Origin: Sphyrna mokarran
Taxonomy: Eukaryota
Assembly (NCBI GenBank): GCA_024679065.1
Contig: JAGIQG010000005.1
Location: 84,444,001 to 84,508,000 of the forward strand
Direction of reading: 5' to 3'
DNA length: 64,000 bases
This document shows positions 26,356 to 38,639 of the stretch, piece by piece. The notes under the pieces were generated by a model. It was not told where the DNA came from and did no database searches. It saw nothing but the letters and a program-made list of their open reading frames with translations. A program made the position numbers and the translations under genes. How positions within the stretch are numbered: position 1 is the stretch's first letter; every line of letters starts with the position of its first letter.

Positions 26356-27564
26356 ACATACTATGTTGGCTGTGACAAAGGGATTAAACGAACAAATACA
26401 TTTTAAAAACTGGGACTACAGGGAATGTTTCATTTCTGAAATAAATAAATGTTGTGTTGGAATAATAATTGGATTAATGACTGGAAACAGAGGTGAGGCA
26501 AACTATGGTAGTATTCTGATTTCAGACAAGAACCAGGTCCTACTACCCTCTGCTAAAAATCTTTAAACTGGTTGCATGTTAACCTGGTATTGAGAGGCTA
26601 CTTAGTGTTAGTCCCAAACTCCAGCCCTGATAGGTATGATCAAATTGGGAGAACCCACCATTTATGTTACTAGGGGAAAAAAAATCAAACTAAGCCAAGA
26701 GAAATACTTTGAAAATACAAATCCAATATTAGATTCCTCCTAAAAACCTACAAAGATTTAAAAAAACAACCAAAGCCTAAAATATCTACATAAACATCAT
26801 ACAGTGGGCTAAGGACAATAGGAAGGAAATTGAGACCAGTGAGAAACTAGCTGATGGAGCACAAATGTTCATACACACTTTTGATTATGAATTTGCAGTC
26901 ACTGTAATGTTTCTGATTTGATTTATCAAATGTATACTTCAGTTAATATTTAAACATTGGATTAAAGAAATAAAAGTAAGCTAGAGATAGAATTGTTTGT
27001 AAGGAAAAGAAAACAAATGTTAAAATGAGATTGTGAGATTGTAACATGGCATGGACTTGGATATACACTCACGTGAGCCAAGTATAGTTAACGATCCAAT
27101 GCACTAAAGCTCAATGGATTGAAGAGGTGATTGTAGTCTGATTCATATTCAGAAGGCATCAGCAAAGTAAGATGGTTCTAAGCGCTAACTCTGTATCAGG
27201 CTAGGGACTGTGGGAGCAGCAAAGAACAAATTGTGCAGCAATGGAGCAAGCATGGAAGCTGATTGGGCAATAGTTGTTGCTATGCCTTGAACAGACTGTG
27301 ATTGAGCACAGATCTGTGTTGTGCTCCTAAGAATTATGAACCCTGACAGAGGCACGGCCCTTCAGCATTCATTCAAAAAGACAGTGATTGATTAGTGCCT
27401 GTCCTGTGAGTATGTGACTAGAAGCATGATCAATGCTAGCAATATCTGTATGAGGAAGAGAGATTTGGAGACGTTGGCAGCAGTAACCTGGGATTAACTA
27501 CTGCAGAAAAAACAGCAAGACATTGAGTCTGAGACTTGGACACATCGGAATAAGACCTGTCAGG

Positions 27565-28170
27565 AGGATCAATTCTGATTAAACCCCATTTGGAATATTG
27601 TGAGCAGTTCTGGGCTGCATACCCCTGGAAGTATTTACTGGCCTTGGAGGGGGTCCAGAGGAAATTCACAGCAATGATCCCAGGAATGAAAGATTTGTCA
27701 TATGAGAAGCAGTTGAGGAGTCAGGGTTTGTCATAAGGAGCAACTGAGGAGTCTGGGTCTACACTCAATGGAGTTTACAAGAATGGGGGGTGGGGGGGCG
27801 GAATCCAACTGAAACTTACAGAATACTGAGAGGCCTAGACAGAGTGGACGTGGAGAGGATGTTTCCACTTGTGGGAGAGATTACAACTTGGGTGCACAAC
27901 ATCAAAGTGCAAGCACGCTCCTTCAAAACTGAGATGACAAAGAACTTCTTTAGTCAGAGGGTGATGAATCTATGGAACTCAGAGGGCTGTGGAGGCCAGG
28001 TGAGTATCTTTAAGATGGAGAAAAAAATTTCTTGATCAATAGGGGATCGAGTGTTACAGGAAGATAGCAGGAGAATGGGGATGAGAATCACATCAGCCAT
28101 AATTGCGTGGCAAAGCAGGCTCAAAGGGCCAAATGGCCTAATTCTGCTTTTACATCTTATAATCTTATAG
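27565..28170 (+). mobile_element. CR1-clade LINE 3' end
   Basis: PHLEYCEQFWAAY, ETYRILRGLDRVD, FFSQRVMNLWNS; TCTTAT tail; small internal tandem duplication ~27695-27760. Confidence 0.88.
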
Positions 28171-28439
28171 TTTGCCTTGCTCTAGGTAATATCTCTAAGA
28201 TCAAGTCATGAGTTTGGATATTTTGTGAACTTTTGATACCTTTTGAATACTGTGTAACAAAGTAGGTCAGAGGTCAGTTACTTTCTGTACAAAAGTTGAT
28301 GCCTGATGTGCTAAAGTTCTGTAGTAGAATGTAATACTCTTGTAGTATCTAAGTAGAATTCAATAAAGGATATTTGCTGTGCAATAATTTGAGAATTTGA
28401 GTGTCTATATCCACAGCATGCATTGACCCAAGTTCAGAG

Positions 28440-28875
28440 CATCACACCTTTGGTTACATTGTTCTCCATTTGCCATATTTTTGCCCATCCACTCAACCAA
28501 AATCCCTTTGTATCCTCCTTATATTACCTATCTTTGTGCAATCAGCAAATTTAGCAACCATACTTCAGTCCCTTCAAAATCATTTATATAAATTATAAAA
28601 AAAGTTGAGGCTCCAGCACCGATTCCTGTGGCATACCACTCAGCATATCCTGCCAACCAGAAAAGGATCCATTTATGCAAACTCTGTTTCCTGTTAACCA
28701 GCAAGTCTTCAATCCATGCCAATATATTACCCCAACTGAGCTTTTATTTTGCACAATAATCTTTGATGTAGCGCCTTATCAAATGCCTTCTGGAAATCTT
28801 ACAACCAGCAGCTCTTCTTTATCCATAATACATGCAAGTCCTTCAAAGAACTCCAATAAACTAGTAAACATGCTC
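28440..28875 (-). mobile_element. CR1-clade RT fragment
   Basis: Minus strand DFQKAFDK, WIEDLLVNRKQ, GMPQESVLEP, IYINDF, AKFADCTK. Confidence 0.8.
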
Positions 28876-28914
28876 CTGTCATCATGACTTTCATTGGTCC
28901 AGGATGGACAATGC

Positions 28915-29160
28915 ATGATAATATGCTAGATTGGTATTCTAAAAAAAGAGTATACTGGACATTTTCAGTAGATCTGGCAGCATCTGTGAAGAGAGAAAGA
29001 GTTAATCCTTTGTGTCTGTGTACCTCTAGTTCAGTTCTGAAGCTTCATACAACCTCAAAACTCTGTTGCTCTTTCCATGGATGCTGCCAGACCTGCCAAA
29101 TTTATCTAGCATTTTATATTTTTATTTCAGATTTTCAGTATCTGCAATATTTTGCTTTAA
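28915..29160. repeat. Palindromic (fold-back) Penelope-derived or MITE-like repeat
   Basis: TCTGGCAGCATCTGTGAAGAGAG (~28973) pairs with CTCTTTCCATGGATGCTGCCAGA (~29069); arms of ~110 nt around a centre at ~29035. Confidence 0.65.
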
Positions 29161-29717
29161 ATTAGCATTCTGAAGTTTTGTTTTAGTTAGGAAGAGGGTG
29201 AGGGTGAAACTTTGATTAACCTTGCGCCTGCAAGATGAATGTACAAATAGCAGCCCATGACAAGATTGGATTATCCATTCATAGAAAAAAACAAACTTGA
29301 TGGGTTGAATAATATTTTTCTGCAGTTGCTTTCTTATATTCTCATGTTACGATAGGAAACCTATCTCAATTCTGTGCTGCGCATGGCAGGGAAATCCAAT
29401 TGCATGATGGACTAGCCTATCTCCATCCGGGCTACAATAAGATTGCAGGAAGTCAGAGCTAGAGATGTATTTGAGTTCCAATTCCTGCTGCCACCTGTTA
29501 AAAAATTGAGGACATAAACTTCAGGGGAGAATGGCTGTAATGTCCTCCACAGGCAATTAGCTTACCAACACTAACATGAGGAAACACTTCTTGGGTGAAG
29601 CAGTAGAAATCTCTGTCTAGGAAATTGCACGGGCTACTGAATAATGGAATAATGGAATAATGGTGTGATGCACCAAGTGGCTGGACTTAAATAGTTAAAA
29701 ACAAGAAACTTGTATAC

Positions 29718-29856
29718 CTGGCATTCCTGTAGCAAGACCTTGGCTAAAGGCAAGAGCTGGATTGGCAGCAGCAGCAGCTGCTGCCAACGAATCTGCTTGT
29801 TGACTCTGCTGACTCTGACTTGGGGTGAGCGGACGCTGATTTCCACCACGCAATAC
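29718..29856 (-). CDS. PUM2: PUM2 coding exon h (139 nt): [46 protein letters not shown]
   Basis: Manual translation; acceptor tcttag, donor G|gtatac. Confidence 0.93.
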
Positions 29857-30129
29857 CTAAGAATAGATAACAATAAGTTTTGTCACAATCAAGATATATA
29901 CTATAGATAAACTATTTCTCATCTTGAGTTTAGACAAATACTAGAGCAGGGCTTGCTCTAAAAGACAAAGTGGTACTCCATTATAACCATAACCAACACA
30001 TTAAATCAACAATGAACAAGTTACTTAAAATCTGTACAAATCTAACTGCATGGAGAAATATTTATACATCTTTTTGAAGCCATTATATTAAGATTGAAAA
30101 GCCATTGAATATTAATTAGTGCCACGTAC

Positions 30130-30275
30130 TTGTTGTTGCCCTTGTTGTGCCTGTGTTGCAGCCTGTTGGTTAGGAGTACTGTTTGCAGTTGGTGCAGCTG
30201 TTTGCTGTTGGAACAGATTGGCTGGGTACACACTCCATGGAACCCCATAATACTGAGGTGAGACAACTGTGGGGC
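30130..30275 (-). CDS. PUM2: PUM2 coding exon g (146 nt): [25 protein letters not shown]...QQGQQQ
   Basis: Manual translation; acceptor tgctag, donor CAA|gtacgt. Confidence 0.93.
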
Positions 30276-31969
30276 CTAGCACAAAAACACAAAATGGTAA
30301 AGCAGCAACTGTTACTGGTTTTTATTCAGCCTAGAACTAGAATTACATTGTTTATTAAAATGGAAACCTCCTAACTAAATCTGATGATCTTGTCCAATAA
30401 GTGATTATACCACAGAGATCCCAGATCTGACCTCTTAATAAATCTCAGATGAGAGGGAGCAAAACTTCAGTACCCCTGACAGGAGAGGAAAGAAAATCAT
30501 TTGGAGGTTCCACTTGTGATCACTATCGAGCAAACTCTGCTTGAATTTATGTACGTGATTCAAGTACCCATGATGATGAATGTCTACTTAAGTAATTAAA
30601 TCTCAAAAAGTAACGTGAAGCACTTTGGGACACTTCAACAAAACGTATGAGCGGCTGAGCCGTAAGGATAGCCGAACAGCATGAGGGGATAAGCTAGGAA
30701 AACACAAATTTAACGCATTAAATGCTGACACAGGAGAGCAGGCCCTGGCACATATTCTAATAAATTAGAAAAGGTACCGAGTAAGCTAATATATATTTTA
30801 GCTGCTAATAACTGATTGCCATCTTCCACTCCTAGCTTATGTTGCCCACAGCTAAAGAGATTTTTGTTTTACTTTGCTTTATGTGGATGTGGGTAGTTCC
30901 TCAGTGACCAAATGCCTGCAGTTACAACATGAAAACCAAATGTTGAGGTTTTCTGAATACAAAACATTAATATTGGTTTTCTTATATTAAATGTTGATAA
31001 CATGGTTTAAAATATGAAATACAAGTGTATAACTTATGTATCTATAATACACATACAAATCATTTTTGTGTCCCATTTAGCTTCATGGAGGAATTAGCGT
31101 CTTATGTGGCAAGCGGAGCGATCACTATGCCCATATCTGGAGGAAAGAATACTGATACCATTGATTTCAATGGAATAACAGCACCACAATATTTGAAACT
31201 CAAGTATTTAGCTATATTATTAAAGGTCTTGCATGTAGAAAACATGTCCAGCCATCATAACTTCATCATACTTTCAGGTCAAAATTTACAATGTAGCTAT
31301 GAAAATGATATGTTAACATTTATAATACAATTGTTGTTATTAACCACTAGATATCCATCTGGAATTAGTCACCAGGCCCCATTACGATTTCATATAACCC
31401 AGGCCTGTCCGTGTATGATTTTAAAATACTGGGGACCTTATTGTTTTCCTGTACATTACTCACCAAACCAGGGTCTGGATAATTTTTTGTTCCCAACATG
31501 GCAACATTCTACACTACTTCTTCCCGCACTCTCTTTTATCCTCTCCCTAAGCCACTGCTTCTCCGAGTTGCCTGCTACATCAATCTCTCAAAGGCCCTTC
31601 AATATGTTCTTATGGCACCCAGTCTCCTCCTCTCAATATTCTGCAACTGGTCTCTGCTCTTCATCTGAACTACCAGCTGCTACCATATAACACCCCCTTG
31701 TTGCTTCTGCTTTATACCACTGCATTGCTTTTCCTTATTTTTCCTGTTATTACTTAACTCAGTCATAAATTAATTTTATAGTTATCATTTGAATTGTTCA
31801 GTGCATGTCTTTTCCTACAATGGAAAGAAACAAAATAAGGTTTCAAAATTAAGTAATGGGGCCTTAATGGAAAAAAAGATTGGAGAAAGATTGGGATGAA
31901 ATGGGGCAATGGATCTGTGTCTGGTCGAGGTCTCTTAATACAGATGAATGAAATGTCTGCTTTTGTGTC

Positions 31970-32665
31970 TCATCTTAAAGTCAGATTATGAAATATAATT
32001 CTAAACCAGAGACTGGCGTACATAATCATGCTGACACTCCAGTGCAGTGCTGAGGGATTGCTGAAATGTCTTGTTTAAGCTAAGATCCAGCCTTCTCCCT
32101 CAGGGGATGTAAAAGACCATGGCACCGTTCAAAGAAGAGTGGGCAAGAACATTATCATCCTCACCAATATGCATCTCTCAACCAATATCAACAGCTTAAC
32201 TGGTTATTTATCCCATTGTCTGAGAAACGTAGATGTGTACAAATTAGCTGGGCGGCACAACGGCACAGTAGTTTGCACCACTGCCTCATAGCACCAGGGT
32301 CCCAAGTTCAATTCCAGCTCTGGATCACTGCGTGTGGAGTCTGCATGTTCTCCCTGTGTCTGCATAGGTTTCCTCCCACGATCCAAAGACTCGCTGGTTA
32401 GGTTGACTGGCCATGCTAAATTAACCCTAATGTCAGGGGGATTAACAAGATAGAAGCATGGAGTTGCAGGACTAGGGCCTAGATGGGACTGTGATCAGTG
32501 CAGACTCAACAGGCTGAAAAGCCTCCTTGTACACTGTGGGGATTCTATGATTTCTTTGCATCACAATAGCAACCACACTCAAAAACACATAGCACACAGT
32601 GAAATACTTTGACACACTCTGAAATTGTGAAAAATGTTGTATAAATACAAGATCGTTCTTTTTTT
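31970..32665 (+). mobile_element. Deu-domain SINE split by an HE1-like SINE
   Basis: GCTGACACTCCAGTGCAGTGCTGAGGGA, GGATGTAAAAGACCATGGCAC, AAATTAGCTG | insertion | tail ending TATAAATACAAG..TTTTTT. Confidence 0.7.
32250..32552 (+). mobile_element. HE1-like V-SINE
   Basis: tRNA-like head, V-domain, CACTGTGGGGATTCTATGA tail. Confidence 0.88.
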
Positions 32666-32774
32666 GGGTGAGACAAATGCAAAATATTCATAAACCACAC
32701 AAGTTTGCTCGATAAAGTCTGTAGAATGGGAAAAAGATTGTATAGTGTATAATTCACTGAGCAATTATGACCAA

Positions 32775-33240
32775 CACAGTGACACTATTAGAAATGCAAA
32801 TAGAATGTTGCAATGCATTGTCTGGATTTTTAGATTCAAAGTATTATTCTGTTTCAGGCAAGGCCTTGGTCAGACTTCATCTAGAATACTATGCCACATT
32901 TTGGTCCCATCATGCAGTGCAATAGACACATCTTAGAAAAGGTTCAGAACAGGGCCATCAGATTAATATTAATACAAAGTCTCAGTTGGTGGAAAGCACC
33001 TGGTTTCTTTTGAACCAGAAGTATCTGGCAGGTATTGCTTTTTTAGCGAAGCAGTACTTGCCAGGAGATTTAATTGCAATCTTTACACAAACAAAAATAA
33101 AGCAAGTCCACTGGCTATTCAAACTAGAAATGCTGCTGATGAACAGGGACAAGGGTAAAAGCTCTTTAAGCAGAAATTGTGTTTAAATGTTAGATGGCAC
33201 TTTTCTTATGAAAAAGGTTGCAAATCTGTCTAAACGTGAA
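32775..33240 (+). mobile_element. Old CR1-clade fragment
   Basis: ANRMLQCI, ALVRLHLEYYATFWSP, LEKVQNRAIRLI. Confidence 0.65.
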
Positions 33241-33723
33241 CGAGTATCCTCATATAGAAGATAAAATGGGTCTGGGTCTGGAAACATAAAGGGAAGTCCT
33301 AGTCCAATATGAACATTAAGTGAAGTCCCAATAGTATTGTATGCGAAAATTTTTATTTATTAACTACTTCAACACAGAAAAGGGAGCCTGGAGGTGTCAT
33401 CAATATTGATATGATTACACTATTATCATTTTGTGGAATGTGTCTCATTGATGCCTCCATTAGACCACTACCTGTTCACTCCCTCCCTGCACCAGGCAGA
33501 CTTCAGCCTTACTGTGATGAATGGAAATGGCAAATACCCTTAGTCATTTTTTTACACTTTAGCCTAGACCAAAGGTCAATTCTAGTTTCTTTACCACTGT
33601 CATGGCTCAGAACAGTTAGTTGAACAGAGTTAATGATAGATACGTACTGGCCTTTACGCTTTAATGACAAACTGGGTGCGGCCCTTATCCAATAGGCCTA
33701 CACAATTTTGTTTAATCTTTTTA

Positions 33724-33879
<156 letters not shown>

Positions 33880-34174
33880 TCAAGACAAAAAAATGTTAAT
33901 GATCCATTCCACTGCAAATTATCCACAAATTACATTCACAGATACTACCTCCTCACTTTTCCCTTCATGTGACCATCTGCCCCCCCCAAAAAGTCAGCAA
34001 TTTTGCAATACAGGATCTAAATTCAATATTCTATTGGCCAGATCCCAAATTTTAGTATGGTCAACAAGAGAGACAGCTAGCACAGCAGATATTAGCAAAA
34101 GGGAAGAAAATGGAAAAGGAAAGTCTGAAGAATTTTTCACCCAACTCCAGCCAACTAGTTCACAGCAACAATGA

Positions 34175-34730
34175 CAGACCCGATTCTCCTATTGTGACCC
34201 ACAACTTTTCTGGTGGGTCCGGTTGGAGAATCGCGTCATTGGCCTCTTTCTGGGATTTGCGCATGCTCCATGAACGCATCCGCGTCTTTCAGAGTTGGAG
34301 AACAGCTGCAGTCTAGACTATGCTAGAAACTGGTAAGAAGTGCGGTAAATCATTTGAATCTTTTTTGTAAATGTAGTTTAAATAGATTTTGCATTTGATT
34401 ATTGGGTACTTGCTCGGTCCAAAAGAATATCCCAACCTGCCAGGAGTATTTCATTCCAGTGAGGTTTGGAGTAGCTCCCTGCATTTGAGGAACTAGTGAG
34501 AGACCCCGCTGGATGGGGGAGTCGTGATAGAAACTCAATGCCTCCTGGATATGAGCACTATGGCAGTGCCAGCCTGTGCCCCTGGCACTGCCTAAGGGGC
34601 ACCTTGGCATTGCCCAATGGCAGTGCCAAGGGGGAGGGGCCTGTTGTGGGCAGGGACTGGGTTAATTAGTGAAGGGTGGAAGGTCCCACTGTCACCCTGC
34701 CACTCAACATTTTTGAGAGAATCGCCCCCA
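34175..34730. mobile_element. GC-rich MITE-like non-autonomous element
   Basis: Ends CGATTCTC ... GAGAATCG are inverted; internal GGCAGTGCC/GGCACTGCC repeats; GC and CpG content stand out from the flanks. Confidence 0.6.
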
Positions 34731-36559
34731 ATATTTCTGTTCAGGAAAATAAAGGACTCAATTCACAGAAAATAATTTGGAAATCAACAGATGCAAAAGG
34801 GGAGATGTAGAGTGGATTGGAGAAGGAGAACAATTGGTCACTAACTCTTTTCATACAATTATATGAATGATTTATGAGTAAAAAAATTAAAGAATGGTAA
34901 CTGTTCTTTCAATGATGCAATTAACTTTCTTTCATTAGTGGTGTAAACTCAAGTATCTAAAAATTGCACTGGTACTAATATCTACTGGTAAAACAGTGAG
35001 GAATTACAATACCACAGTCTTCAAATTATAATCTTACTTGCTATGAAATTAAATCACATTTCTTACTAGAACATACTATTGCATAACCAATTTCAGAATA
35101 ATACTTGTGTAACAGGTTAGGGAAAAGAACTGCCTCACAATTTTCTTACTATGCCTACCTCATAATTTAGCAGCTGAGTTACTGCAGATGTTCCAGGCAT
35201 TTCATCTTTTTTGGGCTTACATGTATGATCCTGGGTTACATGCATGATCCTGACATACAGAAATCTATGCAGCCTAAAACTTGCAACACTAGTGAGCAAT
35301 GAAATCTCAGCTTTAGAACAAATGATACAAAGTTGAATTAGCTATTACTAACGTTGCCTTTTGTAAGTTGAAACTTCACATACAACAGGATGTTGGCAAT
35401 GATGCACAGGTTTGATCCATGGTATGGAAACAAGCCATCCAAACTTCCAATGAGATATCTATGGTTACAAATTAGGACATAGCTCAAGCTGAGGTCAAAG
35501 ATGACTGATGAACAATCCCGGAATAAAGAATTTAAATGGACTTAAGGTTCCACTGTTTTGTTAGGTTACGTGACCAACTAGAACACAAATGTACGTGGCT
35601 CAACTGGAACATCTTTTAGAGTGTGGTCTGGCTTACATGATCTGATCAGTTTCCTCTGTATTCTGATGGAAGGTGATTGAGAATTGTACTACAGAACCCA
35701 GAGCTCACAATATGTTTCACAATTTGAGACTCTATATTCAGGAGATTAAAATCTTCTTCCATCAAACCAGGTGCTCTCACCAAAGTCTACATTTTGAGTA
35801 GCGATGCATAATACAGCAAATTTAGTTGTCATGGGAATTGGCAACATGAAAGCATAAGTAACACTTGTTTACCGCATTCTTAAAGTTACAAAGCCAATGA
35901 GCAGAGTAGACTGGGCAACCCTGAAACCCATCTCTTGCTCGTTCCAAAAGCTGATTAAAATCCAAATTAAATCTAATTCATGGTTCCCACAAAAGAGACA
36001 TTCAAGATCAAAGCTGACAAGAAAAGGCACTGCAACTGATCTTGGGCTTGATACTACTTGATCTTATCCAAAAGTTTGAGAAGTAGCTGGTTATTTACTG
36101 ACCTAATTAAGGTTGGTGTCAGGAAGCTCGATATTAAGTTGGTGAGAATATATGGAACATTAAAAGAAGCTGCTAACAAGGTTGTGGAGATAGGGAAAAG
36201 CACATGGGAGGACAAGTCTAAAACAGAGCTTCCACAATGCACCATGGCATAATAAAATGCTTTGCTGTCACAAGTAATAATTTTTATTCAAAAGCAAAGA
36301 AACAAATACCATTGGCGCTTTGCACCAAGATAGTCAACTATAAGTCTTCACAATTCACCAACTGTTAATTATTTCTTGTGGTAAGTTGAAATCACAGAAA
36401 CAGGTCAATGCTGCCATTTACGCTCCACATGAGCCTCATTCCAGTTTTCATATAACCTATCAGGATATTGTTTTGTTTCCTGTGCCTACACAGCTTCCAC
36501 TTAGATGCAATTTTACCACTTGCCTCAAATGGGAAAAGGTCAAGGGAGCTGGACATGGA

Positions 36560-37490
36560 TCTCATGGACAAGATGAGCTTAGAAAGGCATGAGAGAAACT
36601 AGAGAATGATGCAAGTTCAGGGTTAAGGCAGGGGACTGGGAAATGGGAGAATATTGATCTAATGGACTACGGTAAGAAATAGAAGCAGAGAGGCAACTGA
36701 AAAGGTGGTCTCAATAATAGTGTCAAAAACATGCATTGCTTGGACAATGCTGGAGATGAGGATGGCAGACTTGGGACGGAGAGGTTTAACAGGTTTCTAC
36801 TGGAGAGGGGAGGCCTGGGAATATCTTTGCATGCCAGGGTAATCCTAGAATAGTGAGCTTTTTTGGTTGAGAAGAACAGGATCAGAGAGGATTTGTGGTC
36901 CAATCAGATCAAGCGATGATACATTACACAAAAAAACTTGTGTGGAATGAAACAGGAGAGCAACCATGGTAGGAAAGATAGTAACGGTTATTATGAGGAC
37001 AGGTGCAAAGGTGAATGTGAGGATAAAGATAAGGATGAGCAAAGTGATAGCTACAGAAATGAGCAAAATAGGCAGTTATTAATTGAAAATGCAGCTGACA
37101 GCAGGTCAAGGCAAAATTTTTCTAAGGGAAATCAAGTTGAGGGAAAGAGGGGTGTAGATGGAAAGTGACACTAGTGATTAAAGATTACCTTACCTACGAT
37201 AGACATAATGGAAGTAACAAAGTCACTTGATATGGCAAAGGAATGGTTGTTTTATATCAAGGGAGAGATTGGGCTCAGAGAAGAGACAACACAGTGAGTT
37301 GAGATGGAAGTTGAAATCACCAAGGATGAGAAATCATTCAGTCCAAAACTTCAGCCTGATTGGTTGTCATGGACTTGACAGATTGGTAGAAAATGAGGAT
37401 TTTAGGAAATACCAAAGTGTGATGTGGTGATAGGAACCACACTGTCACTGCATCAATTTGGACAGGGAATGTGGTGGCGAGTATAACCAT
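36560..37490 (-). mobile_element. Highly decayed L2-like LINE fragment
   Basis: Purine-rich plus strand (C/T-rich element strand); DLSCLLSAAFSI resembles LLDLSAAFDT. Confidence 0.45.
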
Positions 37491-37599
37491 AAAGGAATCT
37501 TCATCTTGACTTTCTCATTTCGAGGAATAGAGGGTTATATCCAGTTCAGTCTTTCCTGTTGATTGTACTCCTTGGGTCTGGTATCTTCCTAGTGAGTCT

Positions 37600-38060
37600 T
37601 TTTTGCACCTTCACCAATGCCCTATATCACATGAACAGTACTCAGAGTGCAGTCTAATTAAGGTTTTATAGCAGTTAATCATAATTTCCTGCTTTTCAAT
37701 TTTATCCATTTAGAAATTCGTATTAGTGCTTTGCTTTTTTGTTAAAAAAATGCGGCCATACCAATGTTCCTACTTTTAGCAATTTGTGCATCTGTACCCT
37801 AAACCCCTTTACTCTTCTGCCTCATTTAGACTCTTATAATCCAAGGAATTTATAGTGTCTTCATTCTTCCTATCCAAATGCACCACCTCATTCGAAACTA
37901 TACTGAAATTAACTTGCCAATTACATACCCATCCTGCTAATTTATTCATACCTTTTTGCATGTTGCCACATTCTTTCTCTATATTAAATACACTTCTCAA
38001 TTTGAAATTATCCACAAATTTTGAAGTTGTACTTCCAATAAGAATCTAAATTGCTTGTAT
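37600..38060 (-). mobile_element. CR1-clade RT fragment
   Basis: ORF 37809..38015 MQKGMNKLAGWVCNWQVNFSI..EVVHL; YKTLIRLHSEYC. Confidence 0.75.
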
Positions 38061-38545
38061 AAAGAATGAGCAAAATAGGCAGTTTGTTTACTTTTTACAA
38101 ACACAGCAATATTTTTATTTAAATCATGATGTTTTAGCTAACTACTGAAACTATATTATCCTTGCATTTATTATTAAGTGTAGCAAGAAGATGATGCATT
38201 ATTTAACTGCAATTTTACAGTTCATACTACAGGCAGCTTAATATCGATCCTAGTTACTGCTTTTGAGTGTTTCCTAACAGATCAGTTTGTCAGTCAATAA
38301 ACAATTTTAATCTTCCAAAAACAAGTAAAAGAAAACAATAAGCTTCTAAACAAAGGAGAATGAAAGACATTCTATTAATTAACATATTTATCACTTCATA
38401 TGGACTAACCAGTATATACCCAAGCTTGCAGATCGTCAGAATTAGCTAAACAAGTCAATTTTTTTTCAGACTTGGCTTTGCTAAGTTAAAGTATTCAGCT
38501 TTCATTTTGCTTTACTTGACTGAACAGCTTATTCTTGCTTCTTAC

Positions 38546-38639
38546 CTATATGAGGCTGCTGGGCTGCCGCCAGTGCATACTGCTGCTGTTGGGCTGCAGT
38601 CAGCTGTTGTACTGTCAGTGCATTTTGCCGTTGGAAGAG
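38546..38639 (-). CDS. PUM2: PUM2 coding exon e (94 nt): [31 protein letters not shown]
   Basis: 3' part of ORF 38529..38807; acceptor ttgcag, donor G|gtaaga. Confidence 0.95.

Noticed and set aside
31025-31690. Longest ORF in the track (221 aa, +)
   Set aside because: GTG start, no recognisable domain, intronic and antisense, low-information composition; most likely a chance ORF.
36938-37168. Charged 76-aa ORF
   Set aside because: Arises from the purine-rich antisense strand of a decayed L2-like repeat.
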